From: Macrostomum lignano
Lineage: Eukaryota
DNA length: 64,000 nt
Reading direction: 5' to 3'
NCBI GenBank assembly: GCA_002269645.1
Contig: NIVC01000176.1
Coordinates: 124,001-188,000, forward strand
In this document: piece after piece, positions 12,782 through 25,243 of the stretch
Layout of the letters: every line of letters starts with the position of its first letter
How positions within the stretch are numbered: the first letter of the stretch is position 1
The notes under the pieces: generated by a model
Told to the model about the DNA's origin: nothing
Seen by the model: the letters and a program-made list of their open reading frames with translations, nothing else
Database searches by the model: none
Translations under genes and position numbers: made by a program

Positions 12782-14596
12782 TCAGCTGCAGCTGAAGGAC
12801 AGCTTCGTGCTCTTTATGCACGCCCATTTTTCGTTTGCATCAAATGTTGAGCAATAATTCCAGCAGTCGCTGTGCGATGAAATGGGAATCAAACCATTTG
12901 GATTTAAGTAATGGCAGTTGTTAAACCACCAGCCAGCATTATTTCCTTCATCCTTTGTGCACGCTCCTGTCTGCCGCCTATCGTTATCCGCATCGTAGGT
13001 GCTGAACTGCATTCCGTTGTGTCTCGCTGCCAACTTCCTCCAGAGATCGCCACCCGGCTCCTGGTCTCCGAGCACCAGCTTGTAATTCTCGTCCGCTCCG
13101 CGCAACCCGAAGCCCTTGAAAGTCGCACGCAAAACTTTGCCGTTGATCCGGACTCCCTCATAGATGAGCTTGCAATTGCGGTCTTTTGTCATGGCTAAAA
13201 GCTGCTCTAAACCTGTCAGATTGATGAGTTAAATAACTGTTTTAATTTGTTGGGCAATCGTGCCCTTTTTCGTCCTCGTGCCCCGCCCAACCCTTCCAGT
13301 CTGCCCCTCCCCTCCATGTTTTCTTAATCAATAATCAATGCGAACTCTGATCTGATCACGCCACCTTGCGCCTCAACTCCCATACTGTACCGTGCATCGT
13401 GAGTTACTGTTATTTTCCTGCTTCTGACTGGGAGCCCTGACTGTGGACCTGGGGGTCGCAGCTTTCGACTGGTTGGGCTGCATGCGTCACTCCGAAGGGG
13501 CCCACAACAAATTTATTTGTGATTTAAATTTTTACCACAATGCGTTTTTTTCAGATTACCTTCGAATTCCACCAGCTGGAACCACTCTCGAACACCATGA
13601 ACCATTTGACAGGTTTAGCAACTTCATCTGCGCCAAGCAGTGCCCTGTTTCATTCCAGCGCTCAAAAGCGCCAAATGAGTCTTCCTGAATTTTGTACATT
13701 TTGTACATTTACAGCATGACATCTCTTTGTCACTCTATTGTGTATGAAGCGACTTATGCAGCCGTTGTTGGCCAGTTCAACTAACACCCTAAACTGGATA
13801 GCCTCCTTTCTGTTTGCCAGTGAGTGCTATTGGCTATCTTTGTTACTTGATACCCTGAGCCAGACTGAGTCTAATATTTATTGGTTGCTGGTGTTGCTAG
13901 TTTTGGCCTAATAAATCAGTATCACTCAGCCGCAGGCCTCATAGTAAGTTATTGTAGCTAAGTTGGCAGTTCTTACTGATGCACAGGTTTATAGTGAGCT
14001 GATGTAAACAGATTACTCTACTCACCCATCCAGTAATTGCCGTTGGGATCTCCGAATCCTTTCACGTAGCCGTGCCAGTTCTGGGCGAACGAGAGGCTGT
14101 TGTCCAGGTGCCTCTGGAAGACCACCTCAGCGAGAGGTGCAGGGCCTGATGAAGAGCGAACGGCACCGAACTGAGTGGGAATGGGGCCCTGTAAGCCGAA
14201 GGGCGCGAACTGCACAGCCTGCTGGATGAAGAGCGGATGATTGGTGATTTTTTTCCTGATGTTTATGCACCTGCGCAAGGTTCTGCACACGAAGACCAGT
14301 TTGCCGGAGGCTCCATCACTGGACACTCGACCCAGCACGGTGGCGCCGAAGTCCTGGTTTTGCATTCCATGTTCAGGTATCACCTTCAGTCCGGTGACTT
14401 TCCGCTTCCCGTCGGGACTCTCCGGGGCGACCTCAGTGATTTTGAGGTCCAGTTCGAGCTCGTACTTCTCGTAAAAGATGTTGTAGATAATTACAGGCGG
14501 CTTCTTCAAGAAGTTCACCTGAAACTCTGCGGCAGAGGCGCACGGAACGAGCGACACGCACAGGACAAGGGAGAGCAGCACGCAGCGGTGTTGCAT
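12782..14596 (-). CDS. Secreted fibrinogen C-terminal domain (FReD) protein with an unrecognised N-terminal region; exons 14596-14026 and 13212-12782
   Basis: Signal-peptide-like MQHRCVLLSLVLCVSLVPCASA. FBG motifs VFQRHLDNSLSFAQNWHGYVKGFGDPNGNYWMG|LEQLLAMT, FSTYDADND and GWWFNNCHYLNPNG. GT donor at 14025 and CAG acceptor at 13213 are both phase 1. Confidence 0.88.
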
Positions 14597-15575
14597 GGCT
14601 ACCGGAGTTAAAAATCGGTTAAGCGCTTTGGACCTTGGAGACTGGATTCGGAGTGCCGGAAAAACACTTGCTGAGTATTAAGTCTGGTTAAGTCTATGCT
14701 TTGGGTGAGAGTGGCTTGCGGTACCCTACTTTTAAGTTTTACTTATATAAAAAACGGTTTTGTTGCCACGTGCACATTCACGTTTTTCAAATAGTTTAGA
14801 TTTTTGTTGCTAAGTCAGACCCATAAAAGGGAAAGTAAGCAAATTCCTGTAGCTGAAAATGTTTTTGGAGTTTTTAAATGCATTTCAAAACATGCCTGGC
14901 TGCATGCCTTACAGCGCCTGATTGTGAATGCATGGACAACTTAATATTAGGAATTCCAAGCCATTTTCCCTCCCGTCGAACTACCAAGGGAGGAATTTAA
15001 AACTTTCAATTCTTAGCTGAGATGTCTCAATATTCTTCAGAATAAAGATTAAATTAATTCCAAAAGAGAGAAAAGGACGGTACTCCAGGTCAAAAAGCAT
15101 CCCATGCTAAGAAAATACAGCATGTAATACTAATATGCGCCTCTGTCACTACTAAAATTCTAACATGGACAAGAAAGTAGCTAGATTAGATTGATATTAA
15201 AATTCCATCAAAAACCAAATGAAGATGCTCAATCTCAGGTACAGGTACAGGCTGCACGATAGCTGGTGCATTTTCATTAGCTATGTACATGTACGAGCTA
15301 TCAAACTATTTTTACGGTTGCTAACTTGTCAAATACAATACATGTACTGAACTACAGTACCACTTAAGCTGTCTGCGCACTGATCGGCGGATGCGGCGCG
15401 GAGGCGGAGACCGCCCATTCCGCTGGCCCCCGGCGACCAATGACTTCCACCGAAGTGACGTCGCTCAAAAGAACCCGTCGGTTCGCTTGCAGCGCGGTCC
15501 TGAGTTGGGGAATAAGTCAGCTCCCGTGTCCCCGAGGTACTGGGCGAGCAGCGGTATGTTCTCGAGCCTGAAAAC

Positions 15576-18500
15576 TGTTATATCTCGTCGATAAACAATC
15601 GTTTTTATTAGCGAGAGTAGCTCAGCTCAGCCGCGTCTTGAGCTGTCTAACGCCGGGACCGAGTCCCTGTCTTTATTGCGAATTATTGCAACAAGGTTCG
15701 GTTCATAGACATAAGTTTATAGTTATATATTGTCTTAGAAACAAAATTACTTAAATATTAAATCAGGACACAACATCTTCCCCCTCTCCGAAAGGTTCAC
15801 CAGCCGTAACGTTGCACCGGTCGCCGCTGACGGTTCGGACGTCGCAGCGGTGGAGTCGCGGATCCCGAGGCTGGTCCTGGTATTTGAACGTTGGTCTCTC
15901 CGCCGCATTGTGCAGGTTGTCGCCTTTGAATGTCCACGAGGGGGTCAAGCTCGTTTGGCCCTGGTGGCTCAGAATTCGGCCGCAAAGACGTTGGTACAAG
16001 CGCCTGCTGATTCCAGGTGCTGCCGTCCGTTAGTCTACACACGGCGTTCGTTGTCTTGACGATATGTAGTGGTCCAGAGAGCCGCGTCCCCAGCTTCCCA
16101 TTTCGCACTGGACGACGCACTCGAACCCAGTCACCGGCGCACAATGTTGGTGGTCGCGCTCTCCCGCCGCCGGTCGGTATAAGCTGCTGTTCGCTGCTGT
16201 CTCTCCCAAATTCGCTAGGCGATATCTGGTTGTGCCGCCGTGGTGTCGTTAGACGGAGCCAGTAAAGACAATGCAGTGCGCCAACGTCTTCCTAGCATCA
16301 GCTCCGCTGGACTCTTGTCAGTCAGCGCGTGCAGCGTACTGCGGTAGGTCTCAAGGAATTTCAGCAACGCGTCTTGCATTGGGACATTCTCTGCCCTGGC
16401 CGCTCGTATGCTGTCTACCAGGGGGTCTTTCTCGAAACTATGGCCGATCGTAAGTTGCTTTCGAGAAAGACCCCCAGAGTCCGGTTGAGCCTCTCCGTCT
16501 GGCCGTTCGTGCTCGGACGGTACGGGCTGGTCTTCTGATGCTGGATGCCGCGCTCCCGCAGGAACCCCGTGAGCGCATTGCCGAACTGCGGTCCGTTGTC
16601 CGTGAGTACCGTCTCGCAGAGGCCTCAGCGTGCAAACAGGCTGCGTAAGACTTTGCAGATCGTCTCGGTGGTGATGTTTGACGTTGCAAATACTTTCGGC
16701 CATTTACTATGCAGATCCGTAATGACCAGAAGGAATTTTGACGATGCTGGTGCTGCCTGTAGCTCACCCACGATGTCGATGGCGATCTGTGTCCACGGCC
16801 TATCTGGCCACTGCAGAGGCTGCATAGGAGCCGGTCGCAATTTGAAATTCTTTTCTGCGGTCTCGCAGGCACTGCAGTCTCTTACAAACGATTCGCAGTC
16901 CATTTTTGGCCACGAGGCAAACTCGCGGAGCTGCTGCTTAGTGCGAACCACACCCGGATGTCCGGTGTGCGCCGATTCCAGTAGGTTACGCCGCTGCTAA
17001 TGTGGAATGACTGCTCGCTCTTGGAAAGCCAGGCAGGCGCGATCCTGCCAAACGCTGAGGTGCTCTCTGACTTTGAAGAACGGGTGCAACTTTGTGTCCT
17101 TCGTTGAGCCCCAGTCGCAGTTGGTCACTCGCTGAATCACCTCGCGCAGAACCGTGTCCTCGGCCGTGGCTGTCGCTAGCTGGGTAGGTGTTACTCAGAC
17201 TCGAGGCATTGCAGTGTCCGGTAGCTGTACGATACTCATGTCCGACCCACAGCTCCACCTTGACAACATGTCGGCCACAAAGTTCCGATTGCCTGGCAGA
17301 TATTTTACGTGGAAATCATACTCTTGAAACCTGTCGCACCAGCGGTGGATGCGCAGCGGCCGATGTCCCGTGCCGCTAGGTCTCAACAGTAGTTGACGTA
17401 GCGCTTGACGGTCAGTTTGCAGCTCAAAGTGACGCCCATATAGGTAGTAGTGCCACTTCTCCGTGGCCCACAGACTGGCCAATGCCTCCCGCTCACTTGC
17501 AGCGTATCGCTTCTCGGTGTCGGTCAAGGCTCAGGCGGCAAAGGCGATTGGACGCTCGACGCCGTCTTGGACCTGGGATAGCTGTGCACCGAGAGACTTC
17601 GCACTGGCGTCGCTGGTGACAGTCGTCTCGGCCTCTGGGTCAAAGTGCGCCAGGATCGGTGGATTACAAATTGCTGCTTTTAGCTCTTGGAACGCTCTTT
17701 CGCAGTCCGTCGACCACTCGAACTCTGCATCCCCCGTCAGTAGGGCCATCAGAGGCACTGTGACTTCAGCAAAATTGGGCACAAAGCGCATCAGGTAGTT
17801 TGCAGATTTTAGGAATGCCTGCAGCTCCTTCCGGTTCGACGGTGAGCGCAACTGGCTGAATGCCTTGGTCTGGGACTCTGAAGGTCGCATACCGTCGGCT
17901 GAGAAGATGAAGCCGAAAAATTCTACCTCGGTCTTGCGCAGCAGGCATTTGTCCTTATTGGCCGTTAGGCCAGCATCGTTCATACGCCCTAACAGCGCTC
18001 GCAGTCTTGAATCATGTTCAGCCATGTTTGCTCCGAAAACAATGAAATCGTCCAGAATATGTTCGACCCCGTGAAGTCCGGCTACTAAGTCGTCCAACAT
18101 CCTTTGGAAGGCTGCTGGCGCTGACGCTAAGCCGAACGGCACTCTGCAATACCGATACAACCCCTGGTGCGTGATGAATGCTGTAGTCACGCAATGCCTC
18201 ATGCAACTGCATTTGCATGTAGCCAGCTTTGAGATCGATCTTTGAAAATACGCGGCCACTTGCTGCCTTGATCTTTGCCGAAATCTCGTCCAGCTGAGGC
18301 ATCGGATGTCGATCGATTACTTATTCGGCTCTCGCACGTCGATGCAGATTCGAATGTTGCGACAACCAGGTTGGATATCCATGGGCTGGAGTTTATTCGT
18401 TCAATGATGCCCACTGCCTCCATGCGGTCAAGTTCATTGCCTACTTTCTGTTGCTTTGCGAGTGGAAGGCGGTGTAGTAACGTAGTAACGTAGTAACATA

Positions 18501-21062
18501 AAAATGCGAAAAACTTGAATGTTATAAAAACTGCAAATTGTCACACTCTATTTTTAAAGACCACGAAAGCAACAAATGACCATCTTTTGCAACATTTAAA
18601 TTTTGAACTCCGATTATGGTATTGACGCTCAAACCTAATGTATTCCATAGGGACCAAATTTCCAAAGCGCTAAACTGTCACCTACTAAAAATAATCTGTT
18701 GTTCAAGAATTTTTCCTATAAATACAAGCCAAAATCCGAGCTAAAAATCTCAGACTCGGAGCAGCCTCAAAATATCTTGTGGTTGGTTAGAGCAACTAAT
18801 CGAGGCTATATCTCTGGGAGAGAAGCGTATCAATTGTGAAGTGCTGTTCAAGTCTTCGTTATTTTGATTTATTGAGAGCAATTTTATTGCCGGCCGGCCG
18901 TTGCTGATCCGTTGACTTTACTGAGACTATTTGAGGCCTCCCATTTTCCTAAGGGATTGGATAGGATCTGCGGACCGATTCCGATACCCTTAGAGGATTA
19001 TCGAGTTGATTGATTTTGGTTATCCTAGATTAACCGATAGGAGCACACGACTCCGATTCTATTATTGCTAGAAGACGCCCTTCTTGGAGGACCTCGTGAT
19101 TATTACAGAAAGTTGATTTTATTATAAGGGCGCATCGTTGATATTGATTACTGAGCTTAAGGCCTATATTGATTTTTGCATTCGAGAAATACTGCGCCGT
19201 CGCCTGATCTGATTGTCACGCTCTCAAACGGCCGATTCTAGACTTCAAGAAGATTCCTCCGAAGAAGAAGATTGGAAGAAGCAAGTTCTACACACGCGCG
19301 CAACAAAGAAGAAGAAACAAAGAACGAGCTCGGAGAACCTGCCCAACGAAGAAGAGGAGCCCGCAACAGTAAGTGCACTACATTTTTGTTCCCAGGCTTA
19401 GGGTCTGGAAGTGGGAGTTCGAGCGTTTAGACACTAGACCTAATTCTCTCTCTCTCTCTTCTCTTTCTCTCTCGCCTTTCCCCTCTTTCTCTCTAATGTG
19501 CTAAAGCGAACTCTGCAAACTCTACCAGTGCAGCAGCCGCTGCGCCGTAGAACAGCTGCATTTACTCTCGGCTTGTGCACCGCCCCTTTGCAGAGTCTGA
19601 TAAGGCCACTGAAAACCGCTGGGAACTCCTCCGCTATGTCTACACTGGCGATACCATTCTCAACCTTAGGAGGCTGCAGTTGTACCCGGAATCTCAGCTT
19701 TTCCATTAGGTCACGGCCAATGATGTTTTCGCCCGACCTCGAGATATAGAAATCGTGATGCAGCTCCCGACTCTCGTGCTTGACGGCAACCTTTGTAATC
19801 CCAGCCAGTGAGATCTGCTTTCCGCCATAAGCTTTTAGCTGCATTGCTGAAGGTCTTAGCTCCAAGTTGTCTAGAGTCCTTGCTGTGGCTTCGCTGAGCA
19901 GGGACAACTTGGCCCCGCAGTTGACCATCAGGCTGACAATCTTTCGACTGCCACCCAGTTGTAACGCGACTCTGATCTCGCCATTGCCGTGCACCGAGTA
20001 AATCGTAACCAAGTCCTCTGTGCTGACCTGCAGAGCCTTGCTGCGGCAGCATCGACTGAAGTGATTGAGCTTGCCGCAGTTGTTGCACTTCTTGCCATGG
20101 GCGGGACATTTCGCTTTCGCGTCATGGCTGCGGCCGCATCGCAGACAGGACCCTCCGGCTTGGCGCTGGGGTCTCTTGCTGGCCGGAGCGCCGCGCTGGC
20201 CTCGAGGCTTCGCATATTGAACGGGCTGGACTGTTCCTGACGAGCTTGTCGCTGCCATCGCCTTGCTTCCTGCTGCTGCGTCCTCGATGGTCGTCGCAAT
20301 CGTGATGGCACGGTCCAGAGTCAGCGTAGCCGCGTCCTTCGTCAAAAGACGCTCGCGTATCCGGTTGCTGCTCGTCCTCTGGGCCAGCTGGTCACGAATC
20401 ATTTTGTCCACCAGGACACCGTAGTTGCAGGTGGCTGACAGCTCTCGCAGTGCTGCGACAAAAGTGGCTGCGTCCTCTCCAGGTAGCTGATGTCTTTCCC
20501 GGAATCTGTGGCGCGCAGCATCACATTCGGCCGGTCGCCGAATACAGTCGTCAGCAGATCACGAGTTTGCCAAAAGGTTTGCTCATCGGCAATTGCATTT
20601 CTAGCCCTAGCTATCCGCTGCCCTTCGAAATCGAGCAAGTGAAGCAGCATGTTTCGGCCCATCGTTTGCAGGCGCATAGCCTCCTAACTCGGAGCTTCTT
20701 CTCCTTTCGCCTTGGAGTCCAGATTTGCACGGCTTGGCAATATCTATCGAAGGCATCGAGCCATCGATTCCATGGAACTGCCGGCGATCCGCTTGCTGGC
20801 AGAAACGGTGCCGGCGGGTTCACGTTGTTGATGGCCATCCTCGTCGCCAGTTGTTATATCTCGTCGATAAACAGTCGTTTTTATTTGCGAGCGTAGCTCA
20901 GCTCAGCCGCGTCTTGAGCGGTCTAACGCCGGGACCGAGTCCCTGTCTTTATTGCAAATTATTGCAACAAGGTTCGGTTCATAGACAAGTTTATAGTTTA
21001 TAGTTTTATAGTTTATATAACTCAGAAACAAAAGTACTTAAATATTAAATCAGGAAACAACA
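15576..21062 (-). mobile_element. Full-length but degraded Ty3/Gypsy (Mag-like) LTR retrotransposon with an internal insertion of about 1 kb
   Basis: LTRs at 15576-15775 and 20852-21062 (diverged, with an indel). TSD AAAAC on both sides. PBS TGGCGACGAGGATGG (20849-20835) and PPT at 15776-15790. Gag/protease (VNCGA, ORF 19440-20411), RT (ILDDFIVFG), RNase H (TSDASAKSLGA, REALA) and integrase (PWTQIAIDI, HSKWP, YRPSTNGQTER-type) are all frameshifted. Unrelated insert at about 18473-19512. Confidence 0.92.
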
Positions 21063-21390
21063 AAAACGTCGAAGAGAACCGGGTTTGGCTTGACGTGAAT
21101 GAGCTGGTGAAAACCGGCAATGGCAGATAAAGTGCTCAGCATTTTTACACTTTCATTCAACACTTGCTGAGTATAAAGTCTGCTAAGTCTATGCTTTGAG
21201 TGAGAGTGGCGCGCTTGTGGCTCATTATGTTTATTCGAATAAAGTTTTTGTCACAACAAAGTTGTTCGATTGGCGTGTCGACTTTGGTATGCGACAGACC
21301 CTTGAAAGAAAAAGCAAGCGAATTTCTGTTGCCCAAATGTCTTTTGAGTTGCTACTTTCCAACTACGCATGTCTGCATGCCTTGGTGAAA
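21063..21390 (-). pseudogene. Diverged third copy of the FReD upstream region and N-terminal coding start, interrupted by the 15576-21062 element
   Basis: AACACTTGCTGAGTATAAAGTCTGCTAAGTCTATGCTTTGAGTGAGAGTGGC (from 21159) matches 2213-2270 and 14665-14715. Removing the element and one TSD gives MLSTLSAIAGFHQLIHVKPNPVLFDVFRLENIP..., weakly similar to SAAEFQVNFLKKPPVIIYNIF. Confidence 0.45.
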
Positions 21391-21507
21391 CCTTGATGAA
21401 GCACGGAGCGCTCCAGCTTGTCGACAATAATGGCGTGCAATAATGACTTTCGATGGAGCGTCCAGATCGAAAAGCGTGCAAGGACAACTTAAGTAGATAT
21501 ATATGTT

Positions 21508-23030
21508 ACTTGAGTAGTCCTTGAAAGCGTGCTGGTTAGGGAGAGCGGGGAGTTCCTCAGCTCTACGAGGAGACGCCAGAGTACCAGTCGTTCCATCAGT
21601 TTAAGGAAGAAAGACGTCACACGCTATGGGGCGGTTAGCTTTGGTTTGGTCTCCCTTCCCTGGTTTGGGTATGAAGACTACTGTGGTCTCTTGCCAGGTT
21701 TTGGGCACGTATCCGAGGGTAATGCTGGCCTTGTGTAGGTGTCATTTTTGATTGCCTCATGGAGAAAGGCAGGATAAATGTTTTTTTAGGTCCTTGGGGT
21801 TGCGATAGGGGCCTCGCGGCCTATTCGCGGCGCCTGCGCCCCCCGTCAGTAGTAAGTAAGTAAGTAAGTAGATCCGGTGACTTGAAAGGAGAGAAGTATT
21901 TTGCGATCTGTCCACCCGGGGAGTGGTCCGGTGGGCCTAGCAGCGGTGCGGCTCGTGGGAAAGAGCTGGTGTCCAGCATGATGTACAGTGATTCCCCGGG
22001 GTTCCGGCCATCCGATCTTGTAATGGCTAAGAGATTTGACTTTTTTCGAGAGCAAGGGCCTTGACCACTTGCGAAGTAGGACGGGTGTCTTCTAACTCCG
22101 CGCAGTATTGGCGTCGCTTGTCGGACTTGGCTTCCTGGTTTCACGCTTAAAATCGCGGATCGCGTCTTGATAGGCGGCCAGGTCAGCTGGGTCCTTGCTC
22201 TTGCGAGCTTTCCGTTGGAGGCACTTTGCCTTGCGCCGGAGGGATCCAAGCGCCGGGTGCCACCAGGGGGCGGATTTTTTGCCTTTGTAGGCTTTAAGAG
22301 GACAGGAAGCCTCATGGGCTGTCATGACGGTCTTGCTGAGCAAGTCTGCAAGGTCATCCACTTCCTGACAGGTGGTTGGAGCGGCGGTGGTCAGCTGATC
22401 TGTCTGGCGTTTCAGGATTTCCGCAAAAGCCGTCCAGCCAGTGTTCCAGATGTTCCTTTTCCCCAGGATGTTAGGCTTGGGGCAAGAGGATTGCAATCGA
22501 AAACGAACGAAGCGATGGTCAGACAGACTCCTCTTCGTCCCACACCTCCCCAGTCCTTGACCAGAGGAGGCAGATCGTGGAAGGGTTACGTCAAGGGCCT
22601 CCGTCCATCGCCCGTTGTCGAAGGTGGGAGTTCCACCAATGTTGCAAAACTCAGTATTGGTGATGCAGATGTTCCTAGCCTCTGCTTTTGGAGGTATTGC
22701 TGCCCCATTGGGTGTTGTACGTGGTAATTTCGCCCGCCATTAGCAGCTCAAAAAAGGGATATATGAGTTTGGGCGGAACAGCGGGGCAATCGCAAGGGAT
22801 ATAAAATGAGGTGATGATGAACGTGCGGTTGGTGATGATTTGATAGGATTGAATGACACAGAGCTCTCCGTCAGAGGTCCGGTCCATGCCAAGCTTTGAG
22901 ATGGATAGACACGAAAATGGCTGCTCTGGGGCTTTGAGGGTCCTGAAAGCCGTCAAAACCAGCAGGAATATTCGGAATGTTACCCTTTCTTGGTCCAGAG
23001 CTCCTGAAGTCCGGATGATAGGATGGTGCC
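21508..23030 (-). mobile_element. Degraded LOA-like LINE fragment (APE endonuclease, linker, RT start)
   Basis: APE-like FIITSFYIPCD...TQWGSNTSKSRG; linker APWWHPALGSLRRKAK; RT start IYPAFL...LGYVPKTWQETTVVFIPKPGK...TSFFLKLMERL...NQHAFK. Multiple frameshifts. Confidence 0.8.
21792..21871 (+). mobile_element. 80-bp extreme 3' end of the LINE family seen at 1-1310, inserted in antisense into the older LINE
   Basis: Identical to about 1240-1310 apart from a longer (TAAG)n tail. Confidence 0.85.
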
Positions 23031-23436
23031 CGGTTTGTTTGTTTCTTTGTTTGTTTGTTTGTTTGTTTGTTCGTTTGTTTGCTAGCTAGTTGCATTTTCT
23101 AATTCTAATTCATCGTTCCGTGAGCGCCACTGCAACTACTTGGTATAGTTTAAATGAACAAATAGAAAGACTAATGGACGCTGCACTGTTCATAAATCAA
23201 TCATACTTTTCGGTAATTTTGTACTGCCTGTGTTTATGCAAGTTTTTTTTCTCGCTGTAAAACATGATAGAAAAAGATGTTACAAGATTAAAATATCAAG
23301 TAGCATTCAAAGTTTTTGCGTCGTCGCTATCGGTGGAAGAAAATAAAAATTTATTGTCGTTCATCATTTCAATTTGCATCATTTTTCTAGGAGTGTGCCT
23401 GTACACATTTTCAAGAGGTCGCTTTTTACCTGTACC

Positions 23437-23612
23437 CCACCTCACTTCGCCTGCACCCACCTCACTCCGCCTGCACCCACCCCACTCCGCCTGCACCCAC
23501 CCCACTCCGCCTACACCCACCCCACTCCGCCTGCACCCACCCCACTCCACCTACACCCATCCGACTCCACCTGCACCCACCCCACTCCGCCTGCACCCAC
23601 CCCACTTCGCTT
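23437..23612. repeat. 20-bp minisatellite (CCCACTCCGCCTGCACCCAC)
   Basis: About 8 tandem units just downstream of the KChIP-like stop codon. Confidence 0.9.
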
Positions 23613-23642
23613 GCCTACTCTGCAATGGCTTATACGGCTCAA

Positions 23643-25243
23643 CTAAATAATGGTTTCAAAGCAGGCGAACTCCCTATCTATGTCCCGGCCCTGTCGGCAT
23701 GCCACTGAGAATTCCGCCAACGAGACCGACGCTTCGTCGCCGAACGATTCAACAGCCTCGATGTCGTTTTCGCGTCCGACCGACAGCAGCATTCGCTGAA
23801 ACACCGCGTCGGCGTGTCGTTGAATGTCTGCCGGGGCAACCCGCGGCAGCACACTGGGCCCCAGCAGGTCGTACACCGCCGATACCAGGGCTGTCACCTC
23901 CCGCCGGGTCAGCCGGCCGTCTTTGTCCGCATCGCAAATTCGAAACGCCCAGCCGACACGATCCTGGACGTCACCGCGGCACATCGCCGACAAGGCGATC
24001 ACTGCAGCGTCGAAAGTCACGGCAGCCTCCTCACCGGGCGGCAGCAGGCTGTTGAACACCAGGTCCGCGTACGCGGTGGCGTCACCCAGCGGGAAGAACT
24101 GGCAGAAGATTTCGCGGAAAGCGTCCCGCTTCACCAGGCCGGCCGGGCAGTCGTTTTTGAAGCCGCGGTAGAGCCGGCGCAGCTCCTGCCGGCTGAACCG
24201 GGTCCGGCCGGCCAGCTCGGACAGACCGGACGGCCGGTGGCAGCGCGGGCGGGCGACGCAGGCGGCCGCGGTTGCGGCGGCGGTGGCTTCGGCTGCTGCG
24301 GCGGCGGCTTGCTCAGCAGCTGGCGGCGGCTGTCGTCGCTTGTAGCAGGGGAGACCAGCTGCGTGGTTGGGTTGTCGGGGGGGGGGGCGCTTGAGATGGT
24401 GGACTGTGTCACCTGTCGCTAATCCGTAGCGTGCATTTACTAAAAAAACACTGCACTGCACCTCCGAGAAATGCGCCTACAACAAGTTTGATGAATGATT
24501 GACAGGAGCTCGACTTTAACCACCTCTTTTTAGAGGCATCTTCATACTCACTCAGAGTCAGGGGGCCCACCAAGAGACAGAAGGGGCCCACCAAGAGACA
24601 GAAGGGGCCCACCAAGAGACAGCAGCGCCCACCAAAGAGACAGCAGCGCCCACCAAAGAGACAGGGGCGCCCACCAAAGAGACAGGGGCGCTCACCAAGA
24701 GACAGGGGCGCCAATCAAGAGACAGGGGCGCTCACCAAGAGACAGGGGCGCCCACCAAGAGACAGGGGCACTCACCAAAGAGACAGGGGCGCTCACCAAG
24801 AGACAGGGGCGCCCACCAAGAGACAGGGGCACTCACCAAAGAGACAGGGGCGCTCACCAAGAGACAGGGGCGCCAACCAAGAGACAGGGGCGCTCACCAA
24901 GAGACAGGGGCGCTCACCAAGAGACGGTGGCGCAAACCAAGGCAGCCAACATAGGTGTCCCTAGTAGTTCGTGTCCAACAATCACCAGTCACCATTGAGT
25001 CACAAGTCGCTCACCAAAGCAGCCGCAACGCTTCCGCCGAGTATCAGTGGCATCCGCAATGTCCACCGACGGCAGCTCCTTGCCCGATCCGCTGTCGCCT
25101 GGCACATTAACTATGGGCGATCCTCTCATTGGTGACTCAGCTGCCGTGGCCTCCGGATTGCGAAACTGCGACGGAGCCGCGGTCAGCAGCAGCCGGTGGC
25201 TCTCCAGCTCGGCGTTCACCTCTTCATCTTCGATGGTCGCCAT
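23643..25243 (-). CDS. KChIP/calsenilin-like neuronal calcium sensor; exons 25243 (or 25450)-25015 and 24412-23643
   Basis: RFSRQELRRLYRGFKNDCPAGLV...FREIFCQFFPLGDATAYADLVF...WAFRICDADKDGRLTRRE is typical of KChIPs. Phase-1 GT donor at 25014 and CAG acceptor at 24413 join CGCF-G-DTVHH. The start codon is uncertain. Confidence 0.82.
24563..24925. repeat. About 21-bp minisatellite (CACCAAGAGACAGGGGCGCC-type) in the KChIP intron
   Basis: About 17 tandem units with a conserved CCAAGAGACAG core. Confidence 0.92.
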
